The translations under genes were made by a program, and so were the position numbers. Below, piece by piece: positions 1-11,400 of a stretch of DNA of 64,000 nucleotides. A model generated the notes under the pieces. That model searched no databases and was not told the origin of the DNA. It saw only the letters and a program-made list of their open reading frames with translations. Numbering within the stretch: the first letter of the stretch is position 1; every line of letters starts with the position of its first letter. Source of the stretch: an uncultured Clostridia bacterium (lineage in GTDB: Bacteria > Bacillota > Clostridia > Christensenellales > UBA1242); contig CAMSQA010000005.1 of the NCBI GenBank assembly GCA_947062475.1, forward strand, positions 2,013 to 66,012, given 5' to 3'.

Positions 1-546
1 ATAAACGCGACCAGATATTGATGCAATCTTGAAAGAAGTGCCAGCTAACTTTTGATTTAACATTTCAAGATAACCTAGTCCGCTGTCAGGTGCTGTGTCT
101 CTACCATCCAAAAAAACATGAATAAATACTTTTTGAAGTTGCATTTGCTTTGCAATGTCTATGAGTGCGAATAAATGATTAATATGAGAATGAACGCCGC
201 CGTCTGAAAGTAAGCCCATAATATGCAGTGCAGAATTATTTTCAAGAGCATGCATCATTGCTTTTTGTATGTTTTTATTTTTTTGAAACTCTCCATTTTT
301 AATATCGTCGTTTATTTTCAATAGCTCTTGCAGTATTATTCTTCCTCCGCCTATTGTCAGATGCCCAACTTCACTGTTTCCCATTTGTCCTTCAGGAAGC
401 CCGACAGATGTGCCACTTGCATGCAATGTAGTGTAGGGATACAGTTTTTTAAGTTTGTCAAGATTAGGTGTGCCTGCTGATTTGATTGCATTTCCAAATT
501 TGTCTTTTCTAAGACCAAAACCATCTAAAATAATAAGTGTAACCAT
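1..546 (-). CDS. gpmI: 2,3-bisphosphoglycerate-independent phosphoglycerate mutase, N-terminal part (the gene runs off the left edge of the window)
   Basis: My own reverse-strand translation from the ATG at 546..544 gives MVTLIILDGFGLRKDKFGNAIKSAGTPNLDKLKKLYPYTTLHASGTSVGLPEGQMGNSEVGHLTIGGGRI. This matches the conserved iPGM N-terminus (LDGFG ... GLPEGQMGNSEVGH). An AGGAG SD lies 7 nt upstream. The gene is not in the ORF track because it is truncated. Confidence 0.85.
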   Translation of the reverse strand, partial: MVTLIILDGFGLRKDKFGNAIKSAGTPNLDKLKKLYPYTTLHASGTSVGLPEGQMGNSEVGHLTIGGGRIILQELLKINDDIKNGEFQKNKNIQKAMMHALENNSALHIMGLLSDGGVHSHINHLFALIDIAKQMQLQKVFIHVFLDGRDTAPDSGLGYLEMLNQKLAGTSFKIASISGRVY

Positions 547-711
547 GATTTTCTCCTAAATTTTTTAAAGTGTAAAAGTGATTTTTTTATGTCTTTTTAT
601 AATTTCCTTTTTGAAAGATAAAATATAAATTTCATTAATTTTAGTAAATTTAATAAAAAAATGATGAAAAAGTCAAAAATTTCATTGTTTTTGGCTAAAT
701 TATTGATATTT

Positions 712-1422
712 TTATTCTTTATCAAGTAAATTATAACGTTCTGTATGGATGATTGCATTGAAGATTTTTTCTCTTGAATTTGGATATAATTTGTCTAGAT
801 TTTTTATAATCTCTTTTGCCTTTTGCCTTTGAGTATGTTTGTCAGCAGGGCATATATTTTCAAGCACAGGGTAATCACTGCTTACCCTTATTATGTCATT
901 TTCATCACAATATATAAGTGGCCTAATTACATTTATATCTACTCGAGACAGATATGATTTTGGTTTAAAGGTTGAAAGTCTGCCTTCAAAGAAAAGTGAA
1001 ATAAGAAAAGTTTCAATAAAATCATCTTTATGGTGTCCTAGTGCAACTTTATTGCAACCAAGTGCTTTTGCTGTGCTGTTTAACAAGCCTCTTCTCATAT
1101 TTGCACAAAGAGAACATGGATTTTTTTCTTTTCTGATATCAAAAACAACTTCAAATATATTGGAAGGAACAATTGAAAGTTCAACATCTATGGATTTGCA
1201 AAAATCTTCTATATATTTATAATTGTTTTTACCTCCGCTTAAATCGACAGCTATTGCATTTAGTGTAAATTTTTCTGGTGCAAATTTTTGATATAAAGAA
1301 AGAGAATGAAGAAGGGTGAGGCTATCTTTGCCTCCTGAAATTCCAACAGCGATTTTGTCACCATTTTCAATAAGAGAATAAGTAGTCGATGCCTTTCTTA
1401 AAAGTGACAATATTTTTTGCAT
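712..1422 (-). CDS. ttcA: PP-loop ATPase of the TtcA type (tRNA 2-thiocytidine synthetase family)
   Basis: 236-aa ORF with the SGGKDS PP-loop motif near the N-terminus. Cys motifs (CSLCANMRRG, ICPADKH) are typical of the TtcA family. An AGAGG SD lies upstream. Confidence 0.7.
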   Translation of the reverse strand: MQKILSLLRKASTTYSLIENGDKIAVGISGGKDSLTLLHSLSLYQKFAPEKFTLNAIAVDLSGGKNNYKYIEDFCKSIDVELSIVPSNIFEVVFDIRKEKNPCSLCANMRRGLLNSTAKALGCNKVALGHHKDDFIETFLISLFFEGRLSTFKPKSYLSRVDINVIRPLIYCDENDIIRVSSDYPVLENICPADKHTQRQKAKEIIKNLDKLYPNSREKIFNAIIHTERYNLLDKE

Positions 1423-1512
1423 AATTTACCTCTTTTTAAAAATATTTTACTAAAAAAATACGCAAAAATCAACTTTTTTGCGTATTTTAATCAAATTTTG
1501 CTTAATTTAACA

Positions 1513-1731
1513 TTAGTTTGCCAACATTGATTTATAAAAATCAATCACAAATTTAATTATTTTTTTGTTGTCATCTTCGCCAAAAGATTCAATTTTTGAA
1601 AGCAAATCTTTTTGCTCATCAGAAAGTGTGTTTAAAAAATCATCTTCAAGTTTTATAAGCTCTGCACTCTTATAAAATTCTTTATCATGTGTTGTAAGGT
1701 AAGCTTCAAATATAACATCAACAATATTCAT
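1513..1731 (-). CDS. Small acidic helical protein of unknown function (72 aa)
   Basis: The ORF track gives 1513..1749. I prefer the ATG at 1731 (MNIVDVIFEAY...) because an AGGAGG SD sits directly upstream of it. No recognisable motif. It is divergent from the XRE gene. Confidence 0.55.
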   Translation of the reverse strand: MNIVDVIFEAYLTTHDKEFYKSAELIKLEDDFLNTLSDEQKDLLSKIESFGEDDNKKIIKFVIDFYKSMLAN

Positions 1732-1790
1732 ATTCCCTCCTAATTGCATAAAACTAATTTTATTGTAAAAAATAAAATCCGATTTGTCAA

Positions 1791-1819
1791 GTAATTACCG
1801 TAATTATATTACCAGTAAA
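1791..1819. promoter_or_regulatory. Operator-like cluster of GTAAT/ATTAC half-sites between divergent genes
   Basis: GTAATTAC is a perfect palindrome at 1791..1798. GTAAT-TAT-ATTAC is a perfect inverted repeat at 1800..1812. A further GTAA lies at 1815..1818. The cluster lies downstream of TTGTCA (1785..1790) and overlaps a possible TATTAC -10. Confidence 0.4.
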
Positions 1820-1859
1820 TAAAATTATTTATTTGTTAGACTAACAAAGAGGGTGTAAT

Positions 1860-2099
1860 ATGAATTTAGCTGACGCTGTTGGAATAAGAATTAAAAAATT
1901 GTTGAAACAAAATAACATGAGTGAATATTCTTTAAGGAAAAAGACATGTCTAAGTGAAAAGACTTTGACTTTTATGTTTAAAGGAAAAACGAAAGATGTC
2001 AAGTTGTCAACAATAAGATTAGTTTCTGAAGCATTTGGTATATCAATTTTAGAATTTTTTGATGATGAAGTTTTCAATCTTGACAATCTTGATTATTAA
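1860..2099 (+). CDS. XRE-family helix-turn-helix transcriptional regulator (79 aa)
   Basis: The sequence IRIKKLLKQNNMSEYSLRKKTCLSEKTLTFMFKGKTKDVKLSTIRLVSEAFGISILEFF fits the Cro/C1-type HTH pattern. An AAGAGGG SD is present. The gene is in the same orientation as giant gene 1 and immediately upstream of it. Confidence 0.75.
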   Translation: MNLADAVGIRIKKLLKQNNMSEYSLRKKTCLSEKTLTFMFKGKTKDVKLSTIRLVSEAFGISILEFFDDEVFNLDNLDY

Positions 2100-2360
2100 A
2101 AATTTTAGTCTTTTATTTAGTAAATTAAAATAATCTTTGCAAGAACAACAAAATTAATTGAATTTGTCAAATTTGTCTAAAATAGCATTTTTTTAAGATA
2201 ATATCTCTTAATTTATGATATTTTATTGGTTTTTTCGGCAATTTTTTATTTTTTTATAATTTTTTTTAAATACTTAATTTTTTTTGAGTATTTTTTTATT
2301 TTTAGATGGGTAGATTAAATCTGACCTATATATTATATTTAATATATATATTAAATTTGT

Positions 2361-2389
2361 TTGACTTATTTTTCTCAAAAAACTATAAT
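2361..2389 (+). promoter_or_regulatory. Near-consensus sigma-70 promoter for giant gene 1
   Basis: TTGACT (2361..2366), a 17-nt spacer, then TATAAT (2384..2389). It lies about 84 nt upstream of the ATG at 2473 and is preceded by about 200 nt of T-tract-rich DNA. Confidence 0.6.
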
Positions 2390-2472
2390 TTTACTAAGGC
2401 AATTAATGAATCTACAAGAAGTCAATTTGATGTTTAATTTCCTGCGAAATGGAAATTTTACGAGGAGGAGAT

Positions 2473-5400
2473 ATGAAAAAATTTATTGTCAGCATTTTAG
2501 GGATTTTCCTGCTGTTTGGTGCAGGACTTCTTTCAGCATGCGGAAAGACAAATCCATCAATGACATTATCTCAAAATGAGGTTGCAATTCAACTTTATTC
2601 TGACGATGAAGACAGTGGCTATAAGATAATTTCAGCACAGCTTTCAGGAGTGAAAGATGGTTCTATCTCAGCTTCAGCGGCAAGTGGATATGAAAACATT
2701 ATTGATGTTTCAACCACACGTTTGTCAGCGACTAAATTTTCCATTAGGGTTGAAGGTCTTGAAGAAGGCAATGCAGAGATAATTGTACGGGGAGCACCTG
2801 GCAATATTGTCAAAAGCATTTATGTAAATGTTTTCAGTGAAGTTTCTGCAATGACACAGAAAGAAGAACAACAGGTGAGAAAGGAAAATTTCCTTATTCG
2901 TGGCATAGAAAATGAAATTGTAGAAACAAAATTAATTTCTTTTCAGCCTTCAGACAAAAGCAGAAGAAGTATAACATGGTCTTTATCAAATGATATGCTC
3001 GATGTCAAAGGGCTTGAACTAAATAATGAAAATAATACTTTAAAAATTGAAAATGATTTTGCTGGTGACGAAGTTAAGCTTGTTGCAACCACTGAAAAAG
3101 GTATCACAACAACAATCGTTCTTCCTGTAATTGACAAAATTGAAGATAAAATTTCTCTTGCTTTCTCATATAGCCAAAACCAAAATTTTGCTGAGATTAA
3201 TGAGACAAACAATCAATTTAATATTGTGCCAAATATACCTGGAGAAGGCTATCAAGGCTATATCGCAGTCGACTATAATGGTCAGCTTGATATTTCGCCA
3301 TATGTTACTACCTTAGATGGCAAACCTTCAGATGATATTCAAGTTTTAAGGCATGGAACTATAGACAACAAACCTTTGTTTATAGTTTATGCAAGCAAGG
3401 ATAAATCAAATATAAACAAAGATTATCTTATTGGCTTTCAAATAGGATATACAAATTACAACTATTTTGTTGATTCTATGGAGTCAAATCCAATCACTAT
3501 AAAAGCTCGTGAAAAGGTCAATGGAATAATACTTTCTACAAATGAAGTTACTGATGCGGGCAATACAATTCAAACTCTTTATACAACCTATGTTGATGGC
3601 GAGGGCACTTCAATAAATGGTCAAAGATTTAATGTATTGGTGACACCAACAACAGTCATTGACGCGTCAAATAAATATTCAATCAATATTTCAAGAACAT
3701 CAGCTGAAGGTGGCAATGTAGCTGACGGTTGTCCTGTTGAGGTATGGTATCGTGACGAAAAGAATGGCAATGTTTGGACACAGGCAATTCTAGAAGAAAA
3801 CCCAGAGAACGGTGATTTTTTCACAAGCGATATGAATATGCTTTCTGCAAAAACTATTTTTCTTAAAGCTTCAAGTTCTTTAAAAGAACAGATAGTGACA
3901 GGTTATTCAATTACATTCACCAGCCAAGACAACAAAGATGTTTCAACATCTTTCTCGCTTCGTCTTGTCAAGAGTGCATCGCTCAACGACTTTGGTTTCA
4001 ATAATGCAAATTTCAGAGTTGATAGCAGTATTAATCAGGCAATTTACTCAAGGCAATTTACTCTTAAAGGTCAGACCTCTATTGATGGGCTTTCAATTTC
4101 AAACAGTGGGAAATATGTCGATTTCAAAAAAATTACAGAAATTTCTCATGATGAAGAAAGCGTGACATTTGAAGTGTCTTTTGCTCTTTTACCTTCAAGT
4201 TATGGTGTGACAGCGGTTGATACATATAAAATTGTTCACAGCAATGGTCTTGCAAGCAACAATTATGATATTGATATTTTTCTCCCTTTAAAGGATGCAT
4301 CAATGTTTGTTGATATTGTTGATGATGAGACGGGAGAATATTCTTCAAATTCGGTCATTGATAGTGATCTTTCAAATAAAGTTTTTGATGTAAATGGAAA
4401 TTTGTTGGATGGAAGATTTAATTCAAGTCTTTCAAAATTGATTGTAAAAAACAATAAAACAACACCTATTTCCTATAATTTCAATTCTGTAAATGGAATT
4501 TCAGCTGTAGCTAATATTTCTGTTGGCTTCTTTGATTTTAATTCAAATCAGATGGCTCTTGATGAATTTAAGAAATTGATTGAAAGTGAAGAAGGTGTCG
4601 TCAGAGTTGTAAGAAGTGCTTTAGATAATTTAAACAGCAGCAATATCGCATTTTTCTCTGCTGATAATAAATCTATTATTACAAAAGGTGTTGGATCTAC
4701 ATATGCCGTTGTTGCTTTCACAGGAAAAGGTGTTGAAAATGCTGACGAAAATGGCAATGTGACATTTATTCGTGTGATTTATATCGAAAGTCTTGTGGTG
4801 CCTGAAGGACTTAATGTTTATCCAGAAGCTGATAAAAATATAACTTTATTTGCAAATGATACAGTTGCTGATGAGGACAAGGACTTGACATTAAAGACAA
4901 TAAATATAACCTTTAAAACAAGTGGAATTACTCACGAAAATAAAAGCAATATTGAGTTTGTTTCAAACAAAATGGGCAGACAGATAGGGACTAGTGAAGA
5001 TGGCTCTATTACATGGCAAAATGGAAGATATAGTGTTGAACAAATTTCAGTCAATAGCGAAGGAATTTCCTTTAATATTGCTTCAATTTCAACTTTTGAT
5101 TCTCATATTTTTACCGATACGCTTTTTGTGCATTATGTAATCTATGATGACAATGGCGAAAAACTTTATGATATTTCAAGTTACATCAACATAACAATAA
5201 AAAATGCACAACGTATTGAAAGTTTAAAACTTAAAAATTATGATCCTGACGGTCTTTATTTTGAAATAAACGATAGTTCTTCACAATATTTATTGCTAGA
5301 AAGCAATCCAACAAATTCAAAAAATAAAAAGATAACTACAATACTTACTGATGATAAAAATGTTTTAAATACCTTTGTCAACATCAATGATTCAATCTCT

Positions 5401-8400
5401 GCAGATACTATTGCAGTCAATCTTGAAAGCAAGATAAAAGATGGCATGAATGGATTTATTTATCTGTTGCCTTCAGATGCTATATATGGAGAACAGGTAA
5501 AATATTACTATCGTGATGAAAATGAATCTGAACAGACTGGATATGTCGCTAAAAACAATATTCCTGCAATGTATGATTTCTTAATTGAGAAGGCTTACTT
5601 TAAGTCAAATGTTTCTCTTGATGAAACAAAAGAGGTGAGATTTGCAGATATTTTAATTAAGTTGAAGGTTACTGTTGCTGACGGAAAGAGTTTTGACTTT
5701 GCATATAGAATTTATGACAATCATTCCTTTAAAGCAATGAGAGATGATAGATATTATACTGTCATGAACAACCTTGATTTATCAGGTGAGGAAAGAAAGT
5801 CAATAGCAAACTTTAAAGGTGGACTTCAAGGTATAAATTCAAATGTGACAATTAAACTTGAAGGCAACAATTTTGCAACTGTTGTTGATACAAATGCTAT
5901 AATCCAAAATATTACCTTCATAGGCAATGTATCTGGTGAGGGCTTTGTCTGCAATGAAAATAGAGGAAATATAATAGGAGTCACAGTTGATGTCAATGGA
6001 AGAAGTGCAAGCAGTCTTATTTCAAGCGGAAATGCTGGTGGCATTGCTGGGACAAATAATGGGAAAATTGCACTTTCAAATGTATTTGGTCTTTCAATAA
6101 TTGGTGAAAATTATGTAGGCGGAATTGCTGGAATAAACAATGAATTGATTGAACGAACTAAAGTTGAGTTTTATAATCTGGAAACAAAAGTTGATGGCAA
6201 CAATGTTGTTTATGGGGCAAATACATTTGTTGGTCAATATGTAGGTGGAATTGCTGGACAACTTGCTGGAAAATCTATAATTAAAGATAGTTATGCCTAT
6301 GATTATACTATTGATAAAAAAGTTGATGGGACAAAAATCAATGTTTTACAATCAAATATAGAAAAAGCTGGTGCATTTGCTGGAAATGTTGCAATTTCAA
6401 ATTATCAAATTTCAAATTCTTTCTCTGTAGTTAATGAGCCTAATATATGTCCTGGATTTATCCTAGATATTGGAAATAGTTTGAATAATGTTTATATTTC
6501 TTATTATGATGGTGAAAATTATACTTCAACAACCTTTGGCTTAAAAGATGGTTTTGTAAAAGAAGGGGAAGAAGGTTTTAAAAATTATGTTAATAAAGGT
6601 AAACCTCACCTTAAAGATTTGATGCAAGAGGAAATAGTTGGTAGTGTTGCTCATGATATTTCAACTCACAAAGAAAATGGTTTCTATAAATCACTTAGTG
6701 TTGATCAAAATAATGGTATTCTTTTCAACTATGCTGTTGAGGACGAAATTACAGAACTTTCAACTTCTGAAGAAAAAGATTTGATCGCTTTAAATACTAT
6801 TTCTCTAAATCAACTTGTTGGAAAGGATGCAGATAGCTTTAATAAAAACATTATTGTAAGTTCTTCTGATACTTCCATTGTTAAGGTTATTGGAAAAGAT
6901 TTAAGAATTTTAAAAACAGGTGAAGTTGTCATAACTCTTTCTTCAAAGCATGATGTTTCACTTACCAAACAAATTAATGCAAAGGTCACTTATGCGTTGT
7001 CTGACCTTGTAATAACATGGGTTGACTCAGCAAACAGGACGGAAATTGTTTCTGACAATTCAATCAGTTCGCTTCAAAAAACTCGTTCTAGAGCATATAT
7101 AACAACATTTGATAAATCTCAAATTTATATTGGTTCGCTTGCAAAGGCATATCAACTTAAAGAAGAGGATAAGCTTGTTTATGATATCATAACTTCATCA
7201 AACAACACTTTGGGTGAGGGTGAAGAGCTTGTAATGGTTGAAGATAACTTAAAATCAGGCTTTAAAATTTCTGCAAGCAATAATTCTGTCTTGACAAATT
7301 TTAAAATTGCACCAAAAGTTTTTGATGAAGAACTTTATCACAATGCAATCAAACGTAGTTTTACAAGAAATTTCAGTGTTTTGCCTATTGATGGAGTGAT
7401 TTCTTTTGAAATTTCAAATGATAAATTGCCAATTACCCCATCAACAAATGCATCTCAAAGGGTAAAAATAAAGACAACTGATGAGAGTGACAGTGTTTAT
7501 CCAGTGATAAGCTATGACGGACAAAGATTAATTTCAAAAAATCTTGAAGATGAAACAAATATTCTTCTTTATACTATTTATGGGGAAGATAAAGCAATTC
7601 TCAAAGCAACAATAAACAAGCTTGGAATAGATGAAAATGCCATTGAAGATAATTCAAATTTAAAAACTTATATTTATGATATAATATTTGAGGTAAATGA
7701 TGAATATAGAGCGTTGGTTTCTCATGAAATGGATTTTGAAGTGTTCTTTATGTCTAGAAGTGGAAATTCAAGTGAAGAGTGGAATGGTGTTTTCACTCTG
7801 TCACTGACAAGTCAAAAATTTAATAACATAGATATTTCAAATAAGAAAATTAAGGCTTCTTCCTATAAATATATTGAGGAATCTATAGTTGAAGTCCATG
7901 AAGTGGAAAATGAAACTTCAGTTCTTGCACCTGGAAACAGTTCTATTCTTCAAATAAATGTAAATCCAGAATATGCATACTATGACTATGTAGAACTTTC
8001 TTATACCGATGCGACAGTTTCTGAAGCAGTAAATATCGAAGTTATGCAAAAATTCCAAGATTCAAATATTTTATTTAAACGCAGAAGTTTTTCTGGTAAT
8101 GAAATCGAAAAACTTGGGCCAATATTAAGATACTATCCAAGTGCTGAAGAAAAAGGGACTTTATATTATAAACTTTGGATAAATACTACAGTAAACAGCG
8201 ACGTTACACTTAAATTTACTGCAAGATTCTTTGATAAAGATGGCAAACAAATCCATTTTGTAAATTATTTTTTGTCAATCAGTTATTTGGCAGAGCCAAC
8301 AATAACTATAGATGGTTCAAATACTGCCTTTCTTGCAAAAGGTGCAACCTCTCAAGTCAAAATTGAAGTTTTTGCCGATCAGTCAATTGACAATCTTACA

Positions 8401-11400
8401 TTAGATGGCAAAAATGTTTCAGGTGTTTCGCTTTCAGCATTAAGCAAAGGCGAACTTGATGAAGTGAGAGGAATTAAAACTTACACAGCATCGCTCTATG
8501 CTGAACCAAATGCAAAAGCCGATTCTGATGTAATATATATTAGCGCTCAAGTTTCAAGAGAACTCAATGGTTCTAAAGAAATCAAGTCAGTGGTTTCAAC
8601 TGGCATTCTTGTGGATTTTAAAGTTGACGGAAATAATATAAAAATAAATGGCAGCAGTGATAATAATATTACTATTTGGCAGGGCGTGCCTAAAACGATT
8701 GATATCAATTACAACATAATTCCTGAAGAATACGGAAATGCTGCATCCCCTGAAATAGAAGAAGCTATCAGTGATTTACGTAAAAAACGAAATGAGTTTA
8801 TCGCTTCTCAATACTATCCTGTAAAGAAGAATGAAAGCGGAGAGGGATTCAGTGCAATTGATGACCAATCTCTATTATCGCAACACAAATACTTTATAAA
8901 TTATAAGTATGATGAAAAAGGATTATTGCATGCACAAAATCTTGAAGATAGATTATTTGTGGTGATTGGTTCACAGCGTTTTTCAATCAATGATTCAAGC
9001 ATTGAAATTCCATTCAAGATAAACTATGATGAATTGACAAATTCAATTTCCTTCACAGGCACAAAAATTGACACTTCTGTTGTTCTTGCACTTAAAACTT
9101 ATATTTCTGCAGGTGGAGCAACTCAAGAATTTGAGACAATTTTCACTGTAAACATTGATGCTTATTCAGATCCTGACTTGCCACTTCTTATAAAGAATGC
9201 AACTGATTTTGAAAAATTAGATCCAGCGAAAGCAGGCGAAAGTGCAACTGCCCATGATTATATACTTACAAATGATATAATCCTTGAAGATTATTCACCA
9301 TTTGATACATCTCTTATCGAAAGTTTTGATGGCAATGGACATACTATTTATATCAAGTCTTTTGATCTTAATTATAAAGATTCTTCTTCTCTTAATATTG
9401 CATTATTCAAAAATGTGACAGAAAACACAATCTTGAAAAACGTGAGAGTCAACCTCTATAATGGTGGTCAACTCAAAATAGACACCTCTAAATTTACAGA
9501 TATAAATATTGCAGGTCTTGCAATTACAAACGATGGTATAATTACAAACTGTGAAGTAGTTGCTTTCTATACAGACAGAGAAGCTATAGGTAAAGTTGAC
9601 AATCTATATTATAGCGCGACAGACAAACACAATTATAAAGAAGGTATCAATGTAAAATTTACATATGGTGCAAATGACCAAGATATCTATATGCATGACA
9701 ACGATAGATGGTCATCACAAATTGCTGGTCTTGTAATTTCAAATAATGGTTCGATCACAAATTCACGTGTTGGTGGCGATTCAATTGTTATTATTGGTGA
9801 TGAGAGACTTGTCTCTGGAAATCCAACAGGTGAGACTTATGCAACAAATCAAAAACTTGGCTTGTTTAATATTGTTGGACAGGGAAATATAGCTGGCTTT
9901 GCACTCAACAACACAAACGGTAATATTGCTTCAAGTTATGTAAAAAATGTTGATTTAGAAAATCAATCTGATTCAACAATGTTCTATACAAGTGGTTTTG
10001 TTGGTCTTAATACATCGACAATAAATGTAAGTTATGTTGAAGGAAAACCTTCAGATCCACAAATAAATGAATATACTCCTTTTGCCTATGAGGGCTCATC
10101 AATCAAATCAAAAAAGGGATATGTTGTTGGTTTTGTTTATAGAAATGAAGGCAGAATAAATGACAGCTATTCTAATATCTTGATTGCAAACACAAACAGC
10201 GAAACAAGTGTTTATCTTGCTTCTGGTTTTGTTTATGAAAATGTGGGGACAATTGAAAATGCTTATTCAGCTTCTCAGATAGAAAACTCAATGAACACCC
10301 AAATGAACTTCTCAGGAGTAAACGCAAAGGGTGAACTCTTAGCTGAAGGCGAGTATATCAACTGTTATTTCTTTAATAAAGAATATGAAGATACAGAAGA
10401 ATCTTCTGATAATACAACAGAAACTCAAAACAACACTGGTGCTGTTTTAATTCCAACACCAGATAAAGAATCTCTTTTCTATGGGTTTGCAATTGCAAAT
10501 GGAGAAAATGATGGTATCTGGAAGATTGTAAAAGATGAAGGCATATTCCTAATAAGCACAAATCTTGTTTCTGTCTCACATAGATATATTCTTTATATAG
10601 ATAAAGATGAATTTGAAGGTGTGACTGGAGAGGATGAACAAGGTGCATATATCCTTCCTTATTCTACATTAAATTTCACAGATACAGGATTGAAAGTTGA
10701 CACATCCTTAGGTGGTGCAAACAATCCTATCATAATCACAGATGCTGACGATTTTGTAAGCGTAAGCGGAACAAGCACTTCTTCATATATCAGTGAATAT
10801 TTCAATTCTTCTGCAATGTGGGGGACTTATAGAATTGTTGACGATATCAATCTTTCTGATATTGCCAATGGTGATAATGTGACAGTGCTTCCATCGTCCT
10901 CAAAAGCTTTTGCAGGAACATTATATGGAAACGGTTTCACAATTTCAGGACTTTCTCTTGCAACCGAAGAAAGTGGTGTTGCACTTGGTCTGTTTAGATC
11001 TATTGAAAAACGTGGAAAAGAAGGTCAACCAGTTGTAAAAAATCTTAATATTTCATTGATTCAAGTTGATGGATCTGTCGTTACAATGGCAGGTGCACTA
11101 GCAGGTTATATCAAAGATTCTGTTGTTGTCAGCATTGATATAAACTTTGAAAACAATGCATTTTTGACAGGCTATAATTTTGCTGGCGGACTTGCAGGAT
11201 TTGTCATTGGTGACAACACAATTAAAGGTATAAAAGTTTTCAATCCAAATGTGACTGCAAGAACTTATCTTAGCGATAATACAAAGGATGATAATTTCTT
11301 TATTTCAGATGAAGTAAACAAGGCAAGTGGATCTCTTCAAGCACTTCGTGTTGATGTTGGAAATAATTTAAATTACAACACAAGCTATTCTTCATCTTTG

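Noticed and set aside
893-1222. Antisense or shadow ORFs of 60-160 aa inside long genes. Examples are 893..1222, 32799..33287, 36443..36850, 49909..50256, 30491..30886 and 60208..60561.
   Set aside because: They overlap strongly supported genes on the opposite strand or in another frame. They have low-complexity, Cys/Phe/Ile-rich translations typical of AT-rich shadow frames, and they lack SD sites.
2328-2355. The AT-only near-palindrome TATATATTATATTTAATATATATATTA just upstream of the giant gene 1 promoter, considered as an operator.
   Set aside because: The symmetry is imperfect, and (TA)n-type sequence is expected by chance at this base composition. It does not share the half-site of the XRE-associated palindromes.
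2449-2472. N-terminal extensions in the ORF track. The affected starts are 2449, 30413, 35153, 45066, 47430, 58065, 30025, 1749 and 60955.
   Set aside because: In each case a downstream ATG (or TTG at 39771) is preceded by a GGAGG-type SD at 5-8 nt, or the upstream start is a non-ATG codon lying inside a promoter. The shorter coordinates were used.
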